From contig NZ_CAISIQ010000288.1 of NCBI RefSeq assembly GCF_903885465.1, positions 1-61,403 of the forward strand: DNA of 61,403 bases. Direction: 5' to 3'. Below are positions 28,283 to 37,923 of the stretch, piece after piece; position 1 is the first letter of the stretch; every line of letters starts with the position of its first letter. Origin of the DNA: an uncultured Nevskia sp. (GTDB lineage: Bacteria; Pseudomonadota; Gammaproteobacteria; Nevskiales; Nevskiaceae). The notes below the pieces were generated by a model. The model did not search any database, was not told the DNA's origin, and saw nothing but the letters and a program-made list of their open reading frames with translations. The position numbers were made by a program, and so were the translations under genes.

Positions 28283-28969
28283 ATGCAATCGCCCGACTTT
28301 GCGCAGTTTGGTGCCACCGCGCTGGAACAGAAGGATCTGCTGTTCCTGTTCGAGCATTTCCCGGTGCCGGGAACCGATGCCGTGGAAGCGGCGCGTCGGG
28401 TCATCGAACAGCCGAGCACCTTGGAATCCCTGCTCGAAAGCCGCTACGTGCAGGACGCGATGCTCGATCCGGCCTCGGCCTGGGTCGATGTCTCGCCGAA
28501 GCTCTACTTCAACGTGATGCTACGCCGGGCGCTGGCCGGCCGCCGTGATTCCGGCGAGCGCCGGACCATTCACTATCTGTCGAATCTGCTGGCGTTGTTT
28601 TCGAGCAACGAGCGTCTGCACCGCGTGCAGGCAGGCGAGACGCAGGACTACGACTATCTCGTCGATCTGATGCACGAAGCCCAGAACGCCGGCCACGAGC
28701 GGCGCTTCCTGGTGCTGTCGCAGATCGGCAACTACGCGCTGTTCCTGGCCGGCTGGTGCGCGCCGTGGATCGAGCATCGCCGCCGCTATTTCAACCGGCC
28801 GCTGGGCCTGGACTACTACTGCAACATGAGCCGCTCGCACTTCGCTTCAGCGGCGAAGCACGAATTGGCCGATACCTTCGGGCTGAAGCCGGTGTTCGCG
28901 CAGCTGGCGGTCCGCTTCGATTACTACCGTGGTGGCATCGAGCGGATGGCGAGTACGACGCTGCATTAG
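28283..28969 (+). CDS. Conserved-looking hypothetical protein
   Basis: GGAGG RBS, host-like codon usage, IGNYALFLAG..DYY motif. Confidence 0.7.
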   Translation: MQSPDFAQFGATALEQKDLLFLFEHFPVPGTDAVEAARRVIEQPSTLESLLESRYVQDAMLDPASAWVDVSPKLYFNVMLRRALAGRRDSGERRTIHYLSNLLALFSSNERLHRVQAGETQDYDYLVDLMHEAQNAGHERRFLVLSQIGNYALFLAGWCAPWIEHRRRYFNRPLGLDYYCNMSRSHFASAAKHELADTFGLKPVFAQLAVRFDYYRGGIERMASTTLH

Positions 28970-29919
28970 TCAGGCAGGCCGGCGCGGAAGGCGAGGTAGT
29001 CCTGCGCCGCCCGGCCCGGCGCTTCGAGCATCGGCAGATGGCCGATGCCGGCCATCATCAGCACCTGCGAGTTCGGCAGCAGGCGATGCAGGATCGCAGC
29101 ACCCGAGGGATGCAGCACGCGATCCTTGTCGCCCCAGACGATCAGGGTCGGCGTCGCCAGCGGCGGATTCATCGCGGCCAGCGTGGCGTCGAGCGCGCCG
29201 GACTGCTCGCGAATCTCGCCGAAGATGGTTTCGTTGAGCGCGTAGTTGGCGATCTGCCGATCGATCAGCACTTGCCGCACCGGCGCCGGAATGAACGGCG
29301 GCTTCTGCATCACGAATTGCATCAGCCGGCCGAAATCCTGGGCACTGCGCGCGAACAGCGGTGGCGGCATGCCCGCCGCCATCAGCTTGGTCATTTCCGA
29401 TTCCTCGGCGCTGAAGACTCCGGCCGGATCGAGCAGCCACAGGCTTTGCACGGCTTCCGGATGGGCGATTGCATAAGCCGCCGAAATCCAGCCGCCCATC
29501 GAGTTGCCGCCCAGGTGAAAACGCGTCAGACCGAGCTTGCTGGCGACCAGCGCCACGCGCGCCACCTGATCACTGATCCGGTAGCGAGCATCGGCCGGTT
29601 TCGAGCTTTCGCCGAAGCCGGGCAGGTCGATCGCGTAGACGCGGTAGCGCTTGGTCAGCGTGGCGGCGACACGGGTCCAGTTGTCCTTGTCGGCGCCGAT
29701 GCCATGCAGCAGCAGCAGCGGTGGCGCGCTCTGCGGACCACCTTCCAGGTAGACGATGTGGAAGCCGTCGATGTTCATTTCCGAACGCTGCAGGCCGGCG
29801 CGCATCCGCTCCAGGCTCATCGCGGTATCGGCAATCTTTTTCGGCGCCAGGAAGTACAGGCCGACATAGACGGCGATGGTCAGCGCGAGCAGCAGCAGGA
29901 AGGCTTTCAGGATCAGCAC
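28966..29919 (-). CDS. Alpha/beta hydrolase (lipase-like) with N-terminal anchor
   Basis: LLHGIG, DLPGFG, GNSMGG nucleophile elbow, WGDKD, GHLPM; start uncertain (GTG 29919). Confidence 0.88.
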   Translation of the reverse strand: MLILKAFLLLLALTIAVYVGLYFLAPKKIADTAMSLERMRAGLQRSEMNIDGFHIVYLEGGPQSAPPLLLLHGIGADKDNWTRVAATLTKRYRVYAIDLPGFGESSKPADARYRISDQVARVALVASKLGLTRFHLGGNSMGGWISAAYAIAHPEAVQSLWLLDPAGVFSAEESEMTKLMAAGMPPPLFARSAQDFGRLMQFVMQKPPFIPAPVRQVLIDRQIANYALNETIFGEIREQSGALDATLAAMNPPLATPTLIVWGDKDRVLHPSGAAILHRLLPNSQVLMMAGIGHLPMLEAPGRAAQDYLAFRAGLPD

Positions 29920-29981
29920 AGGCTTGGGTCTCTTGGTGGCGATGCCGGATGGTAGTGAGTTCAGCGGATCAGGCCGCTTCT

Positions 29982-30049
29982 GTAGGGCGGGCCACGCCCG
30001 CCGTGTGCGCATGTCGTCGAGGTGCGCCGGCGGCCATGGGCCGCCCTAC
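29982..30049. repeat. GTAG-family REP doublet
   Basis: GTAGGGCGGGCCACGCCCGCC ... GGCGGCCATGGGCCGCCCTAC. Confidence 0.75.
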
Positions 30050-31002
30050 TTCAGCCAGCGCAATAGATGTGGGTAGACATCGGGATGATTGACCAGCCGC
30101 AGATGATGCAGGCTCGGCAGCATCAAACCATCGCCATCGATGAACGGCACTTTCAGCGTTTCGTTCAGATGGTGGCCGCTGGCGCTGTCGTGCAGCACCA
30201 GACCATCGCCGATCCAGCGCGTGCGTGGATGCAGCGGGCCGTCGCCGAGCATCGCGCCGATGAAATGCAGACGCGCCTTCGGCAGGCGCAGCACCGGCAG
30301 ACGGGTGTCGTGGCCGATCAGGTCCTGATCGTGGTCGCGCCAGTCGTCGTGACGCAGGCTGCCGTGGCGCAGATCCTTGATGCCGGCCGAGCGGGCGTTG
30401 ATCGCCGTCGCCAGCGGCCGGGTGATGTCGAGCATGCCGAGCAGGCTGGTCGCCAGATGGCCGAAGCGTTCCAGCGGCGCGCCGTGATGCGGGCTGCCGA
30501 GGCAGACCAGATGAGTGATCTTCTCCGGCCACTGCAGGCCTTGTTCGAGCGCCTGATGCGCTGCACTGCGGGCGATCAGCCCGCCCATGCTATGACCGAT
30601 CAGCGCCACTCTGCGCACTTTCACTGGCCAGTTCGCGAGCAGGGTTTCGAGGGCGGCGGCGAAATCCTCGCCGTTCTCGGAGATGTGCCGGCCGCTGTTG
30701 TAGCGCAGGAACACCGGCGTGTAGCGATGCTCGCGCTGCAGCTTCGAGGCGTAGGTATCGCCACCGTTCTCGTCGGCGTAGGTCAACCAGATGTGCTCGT
30801 CGCAGCACAGGCCATGCAGGAACACCGCGATGTCACCGCTGGCGTCCGGGTGCTCGGCGGCGAGCGCAGCGCGAGTCAGCGACAGCAGACAGCCCTGGCG
30901 ATCACGGAAGCCGAAAGTGGTCGCCAGGCCATTGCCGCTCTTGGCGAGGAAATCGCCGAACACGCCATTGGTGGCGCTGACGACCGCTTGCAGGCGATTC
31001 AC
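30046..31002 (-). CDS. PGAP1-like / lipase alpha/beta hydrolase
   Basis: FLHGLC, RYNSGRHISENG, GHSMGGL, LGSPHHGAPLE, GDGLV. Confidence 0.85.
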   Translation of the reverse strand: MNRLQAVVSATNGVFGDFLAKSGNGLATTFGFRDRQGCLLSLTRAALAAEHPDASGDIAVFLHGLCCDEHIWLTYADENGGDTYASKLQREHRYTPVFLRYNSGRHISENGEDFAAALETLLANWPVKVRRVALIGHSMGGLIARSAAHQALEQGLQWPEKITHLVCLGSPHHGAPLERFGHLATSLLGMLDITRPLATAINARSAGIKDLRHGSLRHDDWRDHDQDLIGHDTRLPVLRLPKARLHFIGAMLGDGPLHPRTRWIGDGLVLHDSASGHHLNETLKVPFIDGDGLMLPSLHHLRLVNHPDVYPHLLRWLK

Positions 31003-31301
31003 CAGCGCGTCCGTCCCGGCTCGTCCTGAAGCTGGTCGAGCACGCGGATCGCCGCGTCGCAGCCGACAGCGCTCAGGCCGCGAACGCCGAGGTGCACGCC
31101 TTTCGTGATGCCATCGTGGAACTGCCGGACGACGCCGCTGAACTGCGCCACCACCGGCACGAAAGCGAGCACGCGGAACGGTTTGTCGGCGATCGCCAGA
31201 TGGGTTTCCTCGATACGGGCGCTGCCGCGATCGATGCCAGCCTTAAGTAAGGCGATGGCGCCGCGCAACTGGCGCGATGATTCCTCGGTGCTTGCGGACA
31301 T
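30999..31301 (-). CDS. Small hypothetical protein translationally coupled to the hydrolase
   Basis: GTGA overlap with downstream gene; IEETHLAIA..PF motif. Confidence 0.65.
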   Translation of the reverse strand: MSASTEESSRQLRGAIALLKAGIDRGSARIEETHLAIADKPFRVLAFVPVVAQFSGVVRQFHDGITKGVHLGVRGLSAVGCDAAIRVLDQLQDEPGRTRW

Positions 31302-31321
31302 GATGGCGACCCGGTTGGTTA

Positions 31322-31339
31322 TGTGAACAATCGTGCACA
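31322..31339. promoter_or_regulatory. Possible operator
   Basis: TGTGAAC-AATC-GTGCACA imperfect inverted repeat in a divergent intergenic region. Confidence 0.4.
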
Positions 31340-31450
31340 AATATTTGCGCCCTGTCCACTGGCTATGAAGATTTTCCTTTCCGGCGCCCTGTTCTGCCCG
31401 CAGAATCGCGCCCGATCCATTCAGCCCTCACAAGCAACCGGAGATTCCCC

Positions 31451-32440
31451 TTGGCCCTGCCTGCCGTGCTGCAAAACCTGCGTCTGCCGGTGATCTGTTC
31501 GCCGATGTTCATCGCCTCGAACCCGCGCCTGGTCATCGAGCAGTGCAAGGCCGGCCTGGTTGGCTCGTTCCCGGCGCTGAACGCGCGGCCGCAGTCGCGG
31601 CTCGGCGAGTGGCTGGTCGAGATCGAAACCGCGCTGGCGGCGTTTGAAGCGGCCAATCCGGGCAAGAAGGCGGCGCCGTTCGCCGTCAACCAGATCGTCC
31701 ACAAGTCGAACGATCGCCTCGAAGCCGACATGGCGACCTGCGTCGAGCACAAGGTGCCGATCATCATCACCTCCCTGCGCGCACCGGACGCCATCGTGCC
31801 GGCCGTGCACAGCTACGGCGGCCTGGTGTTCCACGATGTGATCAGCGTGCGCCACGCGCAGAAAGCGCTGGAAGCCGGCGTCGACGGCCTGATCCTGGTC
31901 TGCGCCGGTGCCGGCGGCCATGCCGGCACCTTGTCGCCGTTCGCGCTGGTCGGCGAGATCCGCAAGTTCTACAAGGGCCCGATCATCCTGTCCGGCTCGA
32001 TCGCCAGCGGCGATGCCATTCTCAGCGCGCAGGCGATGGGGGCGGACATCGCCTACATCGGCACCCGCTGGCTGGCCACGCCGGAAGCGAATGTCAGTGA
32101 TGGCTATCGCCAGGCGATCGTCGAATCCGGCGCTGGCGACATCGTCTACACGCCGTATTTCTCGGGCGTGCACGGCAACTACCTGAAGAAGAGCATCGTC
32201 CTTGCCGGCATGGACCCGGACAATCTTCCGCACGCCGACGCCAGCAAGATGAATCTTGGTAGTGGTGGTGCCGAAGCCGACAGCAGTACCGCCAAGGCCT
32301 GGAAGGACATCTGGGGCGCCGGCCAGGGCGTTGGCCTGATCGACTCGATCAAGCCGACTGCCGAAGTGGTCAACCAGCTCGAAGCCGAGTACCGCGCGGC
32401 GAAGGCGCGGATGCTGGCGGCGACTGCGGCTTACGCCTGA
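31451..32440 (+). CDS. Nitronate monooxygenase family flavoprotein
   Basis: PVICSPMF, GSFPALNAR, AGAGGHAG, YIGTRW, WKDIWGAGQG. Confidence 0.9.
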   Translation: MALPAVLQNLRLPVICSPMFIASNPRLVIEQCKAGLVGSFPALNARPQSRLGEWLVEIETALAAFEAANPGKKAAPFAVNQIVHKSNDRLEADMATCVEHKVPIIITSLRAPDAIVPAVHSYGGLVFHDVISVRHAQKALEAGVDGLILVCAGAGGHAGTLSPFALVGEIRKFYKGPIILSGSIASGDAILSAQAMGADIAYIGTRWLATPEANVSDGYRQAIVESGAGDIVYTPYFSGVHGNYLKKSIVLAGMDPDNLPHADASKMNLGSGGAEADSSTAKAWKDIWGAGQGVGLIDSIKPTAEVVNQLEAEYRAAKARMLAATAAYA

Positions 32441-32491
32441 CGGCCGAGGTCAGCGGCCGGTGTTCGGTGATCAGGGTTAAAAACAAAAAAT

Positions 32492-32574
32492 CGTCATTCC
32501 CGCGCAGGCGGGAATCCAGTTCCGATGCGGCGCGCTATGGCCAAAACTGGATGCCCGCCTTCGCGGGCATGACG
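32492..32574. repeat. CGTC-family REP doublet
   Basis: CGTCATTCCCGCGCAGGCGGGAATCCAGT ... ACTGGATGCCCGCCTTCGCGGGCATGACG between convergent genes. Confidence 0.8.
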
Positions 32575-32603
32575 GTTTCGCTTGGGGCCACTGAACCCCA
32601 GCA

Positions 32604-33245
32604 CTAACCGCCGCTTCTGCGCTTCCTGGCCGAGGCTTCCACGACGGCGAGCAGGCGTGGCCCGAACAGCGTGTCGAGCATCGGCTGGATCAGTTCCTCC
32701 AGGCTGCGGCCGACGGTCAACTGGCCAGCCAGATGCAGGCTCAGCAAACCGTGGAGCGCCGCCCAGGTGAGGTGTGCGCCAGTCGCCCCGTCGCCGGGAA
32801 TCAGTCGGGCATCGACGGCTTCCTGATATGTGGTCTGCACCGTGGCCATCGTGCGCAGCCGCGCCGTGTGCAGCTCGGGAAAATCGGTTGGGTCCGGCTG
32901 ACTAAGCGAGAACATCAGCCGGTACTCGGAAGGCTGCGACTGCGCGAAGGCGATGACGGTGCGCGCAATCGCGTGCAGCTTCAGCAGCGGCGATTCCAGA
33001 CCCTCGATCGCGTCGGCCATCAACTCGGTCAGACGGTCGAACCACACTGCGCGCAGTGCCGCGAAGATGTGTTCCTTGTTCTTGAAATAGCGATACGGCA
33101 GCGCCTGGCTGCGACCCATCGCCGCCGCGATCGCCCGCAGGGTCACGGCATCGTAGCCATCACGCTCATAGAGCGCCGCCGCGGCCGCGCAGATGTCGGC
33201 GCGGATGCCGTCAGCAGCTTCGGTGGATAGGCGGGGGCGTGCCAT
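32604..33245 (-). CDS. TetR/AcrR family regulator (WHG-type C-terminus)
   Basis: HTH VTLRAIAAAMGRSQALPYRYFKNK; WAALHG. Confidence 0.9.
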   Translation of the reverse strand: MARPRLSTEAADGIRADICAAAAALYERDGYDAVTLRAIAAAMGRSQALPYRYFKNKEHIFAALRAVWFDRLTELMADAIEGLESPLLKLHAIARTVIAFAQSQPSEYRLMFSLSQPDPTDFPELHTARLRTMATVQTTYQEAVDARLIPGDGATGAHLTWAALHGLLSLHLAGQLTVGRSLEELIQPMLDTLFGPRLLAVVEASARKRRSGG

Positions 33246-33284
33246 GAGCAGGGACGAGTCGTTTCAGCAAAACGCCGGTCGCAA

Positions 33285-34166
33285 TCAGCGCGTGATCTGC
33301 CGCATCAAACACTCCTGCGCCGCACTCGCCACCAGCCGTCCACTGCGGTCATAGATCAACCCGCGCGACATGCCGCGCACCGATTGCGCGCTGGGCGAAT
33401 CCATCGCGTACAGCAGCCAGTCGTCGGCACGCACGTCGCGATGGAACCACAGCGCGTGGTCGATCGAGGCGACGATCATGTCGCTGGAAAACCAGCTGCG
33501 GCCGTGCGGCAGCAGCGCGGTCGAGGCCAGGTTGAAATCAGAGGCGTAGGCGAGCACGCAGCGATGCAGCATCGGATCGTCCGGCAGCTTGCCGGCGGCG
33601 CGGAACCAGATGCCCTGCTGCGGCGCCCGCTTCTCCGGCTGGAACGGGTCCATCGGCGCCACCCAGGCGAACTCGAAGGCCTGCTCGTTGGTGAAGGCGA
33701 TGCGCAGGCGCTCGGGGAAATCCGGATTGCGTGCCACCTCGTCCGCCAGCCACTGCTTGCGCAGTTCCAGCTGGCTGGCCAGCGATTCCGGCGTCGGCAC
33801 CTCGGGCATGTCGACCTGATGCTCGAAGCCCTCCTCGGCGCGCTGGAACGAGGCCATCAAGGTCAGGATCGGCTGGCCGTGCTGGATCGCCTGCACGCGG
33901 CGCGTGGTGAAGCTGCGGCCGTCACGGACGCGATCGACTTCGTAGACGATCGCCGCGTCCATGTCGCCCGGACGCAGGAAATAGGCGTGCAGCGAATGCG
34001 GCAGCTGGTTTTCGACGGTGCGCGTCGCCGCCACCAGCGCCTGGCTGACCACCTGGCCGCCGTAGACGCTGCGGCCGCCGAGATGGCGGGACTGGCCCCG
34101 GAACAGGTTGACTTCCAGGGGTTCCAGATCGAGCAGGCTGACCAGATCGGCGAGGCAGGGGTTCAT
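33285..34166 (-). CDS. tesB: Acyl-CoA thioesterase II
   Basis: YGGQVVSQAL, SLHAYFLRPG, RDGRSFTTRR, YASD, ASIDHALWFH, AQE. Confidence 0.92.
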   Translation of the reverse strand: MNPCLADLVSLLDLEPLEVNLFRGQSRHLGGRSVYGGQVVSQALVAATRTVENQLPHSLHAYFLRPGDMDAAIVYEVDRVRDGRSFTTRRVQAIQHGQPILTLMASFQRAEEGFEHQVDMPEVPTPESLASQLELRKQWLADEVARNPDFPERLRIAFTNEQAFEFAWVAPMDPFQPEKRAPQQGIWFRAAGKLPDDPMLHRCVLAYASDFNLASTALLPHGRSWFSSDMIVASIDHALWFHRDVRADDWLLYAMDSPSAQSVRGMSRGLIYDRSGRLVASAAQECLMRQITR

Positions 34167-34201
34167 CGGTGTTCCACTTGTCTTAGATACGAAAGGGTAG
34201 C

Positions 34202-35386
34202 TCAGACCGCAAGGCCGGCTGCATGGCCGGACGCCCAGGCCCATTGGAAGTTGTAGCCGCCGAGCCAGCCGGTGACATCGACCACTTCGCCGATGAAGTA
34301 CAGGCCGGGCTGGTGCTTGGACATCATCGTGCTCGATGACAGACCGTTGGTATCGACACCGCCCAGGGTCACTTCGGCGGTGCGATAGCCTTCGGTGCCG
34401 CTGGCGGTGATCGGCCATTCGCTCAGTTGCGCAGCGATCGCTTTCAGTTCGGCCGCACGGTACTGGCGCAGCGGCTTGTTGGCGATCCAGCGTTCGCAGA
34501 GGCGCTGCGCGAAGCGCTTCGGTAGTGCTTCAGACAGCACCGTCTTCAGCTCGCTGGCCGGGCGCTCGGCTTGTTGCGCGGCGAGCCAGGTTTCTGCTTC
34601 CTCAAGCGGCAGCAGATTCAGCGACAGCGGCTGTCCCGGCTGCCAGTACGAGGAAATCTGCAGGATCGCCGGGCCGCTGAGGCCGCGATGCGTCAGCAGC
34701 AGCGCGCCGCGAAAGCTCGTGTCCTCGGCCGAGACTTCGACCGGCAAGGCAACGCCGGACAGATCGGCGTAATCCTCGAGCGGCTTACCCGACAAGGTCA
34801 GCGGCACCAGGCCGGCGCGCGTCGGCAGCACTTCGTGGCCGAACTGTTTGGCGAGCTGATAGCCGAAGCCGGTGGCGCCCATGGCCGGGATCGACAGGCC
34901 GCCGGTGGCGACGACGATCGAAGGCGCCGAGTAGACGCCGTGCGTGGTGATGACCTCATAGACGCCATTGCGCTGCTGCACGGCACTGATCGTGCAGTCG
35001 GTCTCGATCACCACATTCGCATCGCGGCATTCGTCGAGCAGCATGCGCAGAATCAGCTTCGAGGACTCGTCGCAGAACAGCTGGCCGAGTTCCTTCTCGT
35101 GGTACTTGATGCCGTGCTTGTCGACCAGCGCGATGAAATCCCAGGGCGTGTAGCGGGCGAGGGCCGATTTGCAGAAGTGCGGATTGGCCGACAGGTAGTT
35201 CGCCGCCGTGGTACCGGTGTTGGTGAAATTGCAGCGCCCGCCACCGGACATCAGGATCTTCTTGCCGACCTTGTTGGCGTGCTCGATGACACGAACGCGC
35301 TTGCCACGCTGGCCGGCGGTGAACGCGCAGAACAGGCCGGCGGCGCCGGCGCCGAGCACCAGCACGTCGTCGGTGGTGATGGTCAC
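34202..35386 (-). CDS. NAD(P)/FAD-dependent oxidoreductase, HI0933/YhiN (BaiN-like) family
   Basis: GAGAAG, GKKILMSGGGRCNFTN, VTLGGV, GWLGGYNFQWAWASG; GTG start overlaps upstream stop. Confidence 0.92.
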   Translation of the reverse strand: MTITTDDVLVLGAGAAGLFCAFTAGQRGKRVRVIEHANKVGKKILMSGGGRCNFTNTGTTAANYLSANPHFCKSALARYTPWDFIALVDKHGIKYHEKELGQLFCDESSKLILRMLLDECRDANVVIETDCTISAVQQRNGVYEVITTHGVYSAPSIVVATGGLSIPAMGATGFGYQLAKQFGHEVLPTRAGLVPLTLSGKPLEDYADLSGVALPVEVSAEDTSFRGALLLTHRGLSGPAILQISSYWQPGQPLSLNLLPLEEAETWLAAQQAERPASELKTVLSEALPKRFAQRLCERWIANKPLRQYRAAELKAIAAQLSEWPITASGTEGYRTAEVTLGGVDTNGLSSSTMMSKHQPGLYFIGEVVDVTGWLGGYNFQWAWASGHAAGLAV

Positions 35387-36084
35387 CAGACCTTGCGCTC
35401 GGGCAGCAGCCCTTTCAGTTCGTCCGGCGTCAGATCCCGCCAGGCGCCGACTTTCAGATTGCCGAGCCGCACGTTGATGATCCGCACGCGCTGCAGGCGC
35501 ACCACCTTGTAGTCGAAAGCGGCGCACATGCGGCGGATCTGCCGGTTCAGGCCCTGGGTCAGCGTGATCTTGAAGCTGAATTCGCTTAAGCCTTCGATCT
35601 TGCAGGGCTTGGTGCGTTCTTCGAGTTCGGTGAGGAACACGCCGCGGCTCATCGCGGTGATGAAGCTCGGCGTCACCGCGCGGTTCACCGTCACCCGGTA
35701 TTCCTTCTCGTGATTGTTTTCCGAGCGCAGGATTTCGTTGACGATGTCGCCGTTGTTGGTCAGCAGGATCAGGCCGTCGGAATCCTTGTCGAGCCGGCCG
35801 ATCGGGAAGATGCGCTCTCGGTGCTTGATGAAATCGACGATGTTGCCAGCGACGTGGCGCTCGGTGGTGCAAGTGATGCCGACCGGCTTGTTCATCGCGA
35901 TGTAGACATGGCTGGATGCCGCACCGATCGGCTTGCCGTCGACGGCCACGGTGTCGCCATCGTTGACCTGGGTGCCGAGGGTCGCGACCACGCCATTGAC
36001 CGAGACGCGGCCAGCTTCGATCCAGCCGTCGGCTTCGCGGCGCGAGCTGATGCCGGTTTCGGCGATGAATTTGTTCAGACGCAC
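35383..36084 (-). CDS. rluF: S4-domain 23S rRNA pseudouridine synthase (RluF-like)
   Basis: RLNKFIAETG..SRREAD, NKPVGITCTTE, GRLDKDS, QGLNRQIRRM. Confidence 0.85.
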   Translation of the reverse strand: MRLNKFIAETGISSRREADGWIEAGRVSVNGVVATLGTQVNDGDTVAVDGKPIGAASSHVYIAMNKPVGITCTTERHVAGNIVDFIKHRERIFPIGRLDKDSDGLILLTNNGDIVNEILRSENNHEKEYRVTVNRAVTPSFITAMSRGVFLTELEERTKPCKIEGLSEFSFKITLTQGLNRQIRRMCAAFDYKVVRLQRVRIINVRLGNLKVGAWRDLTPDELKGLLPERKVW

Positions 36085-36094
36085 GATCAGAAGC

Positions 36095-36373
36095 TCAGCC
36101 GATGTAATGCATCGCAGCCGCCGCGCCGAACGAGAACGCGGCACGCAGCAGGCGGGCGGTGCGATCACGCGGCAGCATCAGCGCATCGATTTCTTCTTCC
36201 GGCAGGCCTTCGCGCTGATAGCTTTCCTCGCGCTCCTTGCGGGTGATCGTGCGGTCGATCAGGCCGGACACCAGCCAGCAGAACACGAAGTAGATCGCGC
36301 TGACGAAACCGAACGCGACCAGGCTGACCAGCAGCAGGCCCCAGGACGTCAGCGGCTTCAGCCAGCGATCCAT
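36095..36373 (-). CDS. Small hypothetical membrane protein
   Basis: Fills the gap between rimO and rluF on the same strand; two hydrophobic segments. Confidence 0.6.
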   Translation of the reverse strand: MDRWLKPLTSWGLLLVSLVAFGFVSAIYFVFCWLVSGLIDRTITRKEREESYQREGLPEEEIDALMLPRDRTARLLRAAFSFGAAAAMHYIG

Positions 36374-36384
36374 GAGGTCGAGGG

Positions 36385-37758
36385 CTAGACGATGGTGGCG
36401 TACAGATCGTGGGTGTCGGCCGAGGTGACCTTGGCCATCACTCGCATGCCTGGCCGCAGCTTCGGCACAGTGTTCAGGATTACCCGGCCATCGACTTCCG
36501 GTGCGTCCGCCTGGCTGCGGGCGATGACGCCGTCGGGGCCGACTTCGTCGATCAGCACTTCGATGGTCCTGCCGATCTTCTTCTGCAGCTTGGCGGCGCT
36601 GATGCCGGCCTGGCGAGTCATGAAGCGTTCGAGGCGCTCGTCCATGACTTCCTGCGGCACCGCACCCGGCAGCGCGTTGGCGGTGGCGCCATCGACCGGC
36701 GAGTAAGTGAACGCACCGACTCTGTCCAGTTGCGCTTCATCGAGCCAGTCGAGCAGCGTCTGGAACTCGGCTTCGGTCTCGCCGGGGAAGCCGACGATGA
36801 AGGTCGACCGCACGGTGATGTCCGGCGCAATCGCGCGCCAGGCTTCGAGCCGGCGCAAGGTGTTTTCGGCGGCCGCCGGGCGCTTCATGCGCTTCAGCAC
36901 GCTGGTGGCGGCATGCTGGAACGGCACGTCGAGATAGGGCAGCACCAGGCCTTCGGCCATCAGTTCGATGACGGCATCGACGTGCGGATACGGATAGACG
37001 TAGTGCAGGCGCACCCAGGGCTTGTGAGGCGCATCGAGATTGGCGAGGCCGCGGCAGAGATCGAGCATCCGCGTCTCGTATTCGCGCTCGCGGAACGTGC
37101 GCTTGGCGTACTTGAGATCGAGGCCGTAGGCGCTGGTGTCCTGCGAGATCACCAGCAGTTCCTGGACGCCGGAGCGGGCCAGCTTCTGCGCCTCGATCAG
37201 CACTTCATCGACCGGCCGCGAGCGCAGCTTGCCGCGCATCGACGGGATGATGCAGAAGCTGCACTTGTGATTGCAGCCCTCGGCGATCTTCACGTAGGCG
37301 TAGTGGCGCGGCGTCAGCTTGATGCCTTGGGGCGGCAGCAGATCCATGAACGGGTCGTGCTGCGGCGGTACCGCCAGATGCACGGCGTCCATCACGCCCT
37401 TGTAGTCCTGCGGGCCAGTGATCGACAGCAGGTCCGGGAACTTGCCTTCGATCAGCCCGCGGCGCGCACCGAGGCAGCCGGTGACGATGACCTTGCCGTT
37501 CTCGGCCATCGCGTCGCCGATCGCGTCCAGCGATTCTTCGACCGCCGAATCGATGAAGCCGCAGGTCTTGACGATCACCACGTCGGCCGCATCGTAGTTG
37601 CCGACCGTTTCATAACCTTCGGCGCGCAGCTGGGTCAGGATTCGTTCGGAATCGACCAGCGCCTTCGGGCAGCCCAGCGACACGAAGCCGACCTTGGGGG
37701 CCAGTTTCGGCATCGCGGCGGCGGATTTGCGACGGGGACGGGCAGCGGCAACGGGCAT
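36385..37758 (-). CDS. rimO: Ribosomal protein S12 methylthiotransferase
   Basis: [12 protein letters not shown], radical [23 protein letters not shown] domain; start may be 37713. Confidence 0.95.
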   Translation of the reverse strand: MPVAAARPRRKSAAAMPKLAPKVGFVSLGCPKALVDSERILTQLRAEGYETVGNYDAADVVIVKTCGFIDSAVEESLDAIGDAMAENGKVIVTGCLGARRGLIEGKFPDLLSITGPQDYKGVMDAVHLAVPPQHDPFMDLLPPQGIKLTPRHYAYVKIAEGCNHKCSFCIIPSMRGKLRSRPVDEVLIEAQKLARSGVQELLVISQDTSAYGLDLKYAKRTFREREYETRMLDLCRGLANLDAPHKPWVRLHYVYPYPHVDAVIELMAEGLVLPYLDVPFQHAATSVLKRMKRPAAAENTLRRLEAWRAIAPDITVRSTFIVGFPGETEAEFQTLLDWLDEAQLDRVGAFTYSPVDGATANALPGAVPQEVMDERLERFMTRQAGISAAKLQKKIGRTIEVLIDEVGPDGVIARSQADAPEVDGRVILNTVPKLRPGMRVMAKVTSADTHDLYATIV

Positions 37759-37923
37759 GAATGCACCGGGATAAAGCGGGAAGCGGGCATTTTACCTGTT
37801 CGTGGCCCCGAACCCCGGCCCGGCATGACGGTCCTAAGCCGACAACACCTCAGGCCCGGCCGCCCTCGCTAGACTAGGGTCGAATCGGGCGGCAATGTCG
37901 TCATCCCCATATCGGAGTTCCCC

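Noticed and set aside
37555-37580. RimO has KTCGFI instead of the usual NTCGFI
   Set aside because: A single substitution with all cluster cysteines retained; no evidence of altered function.
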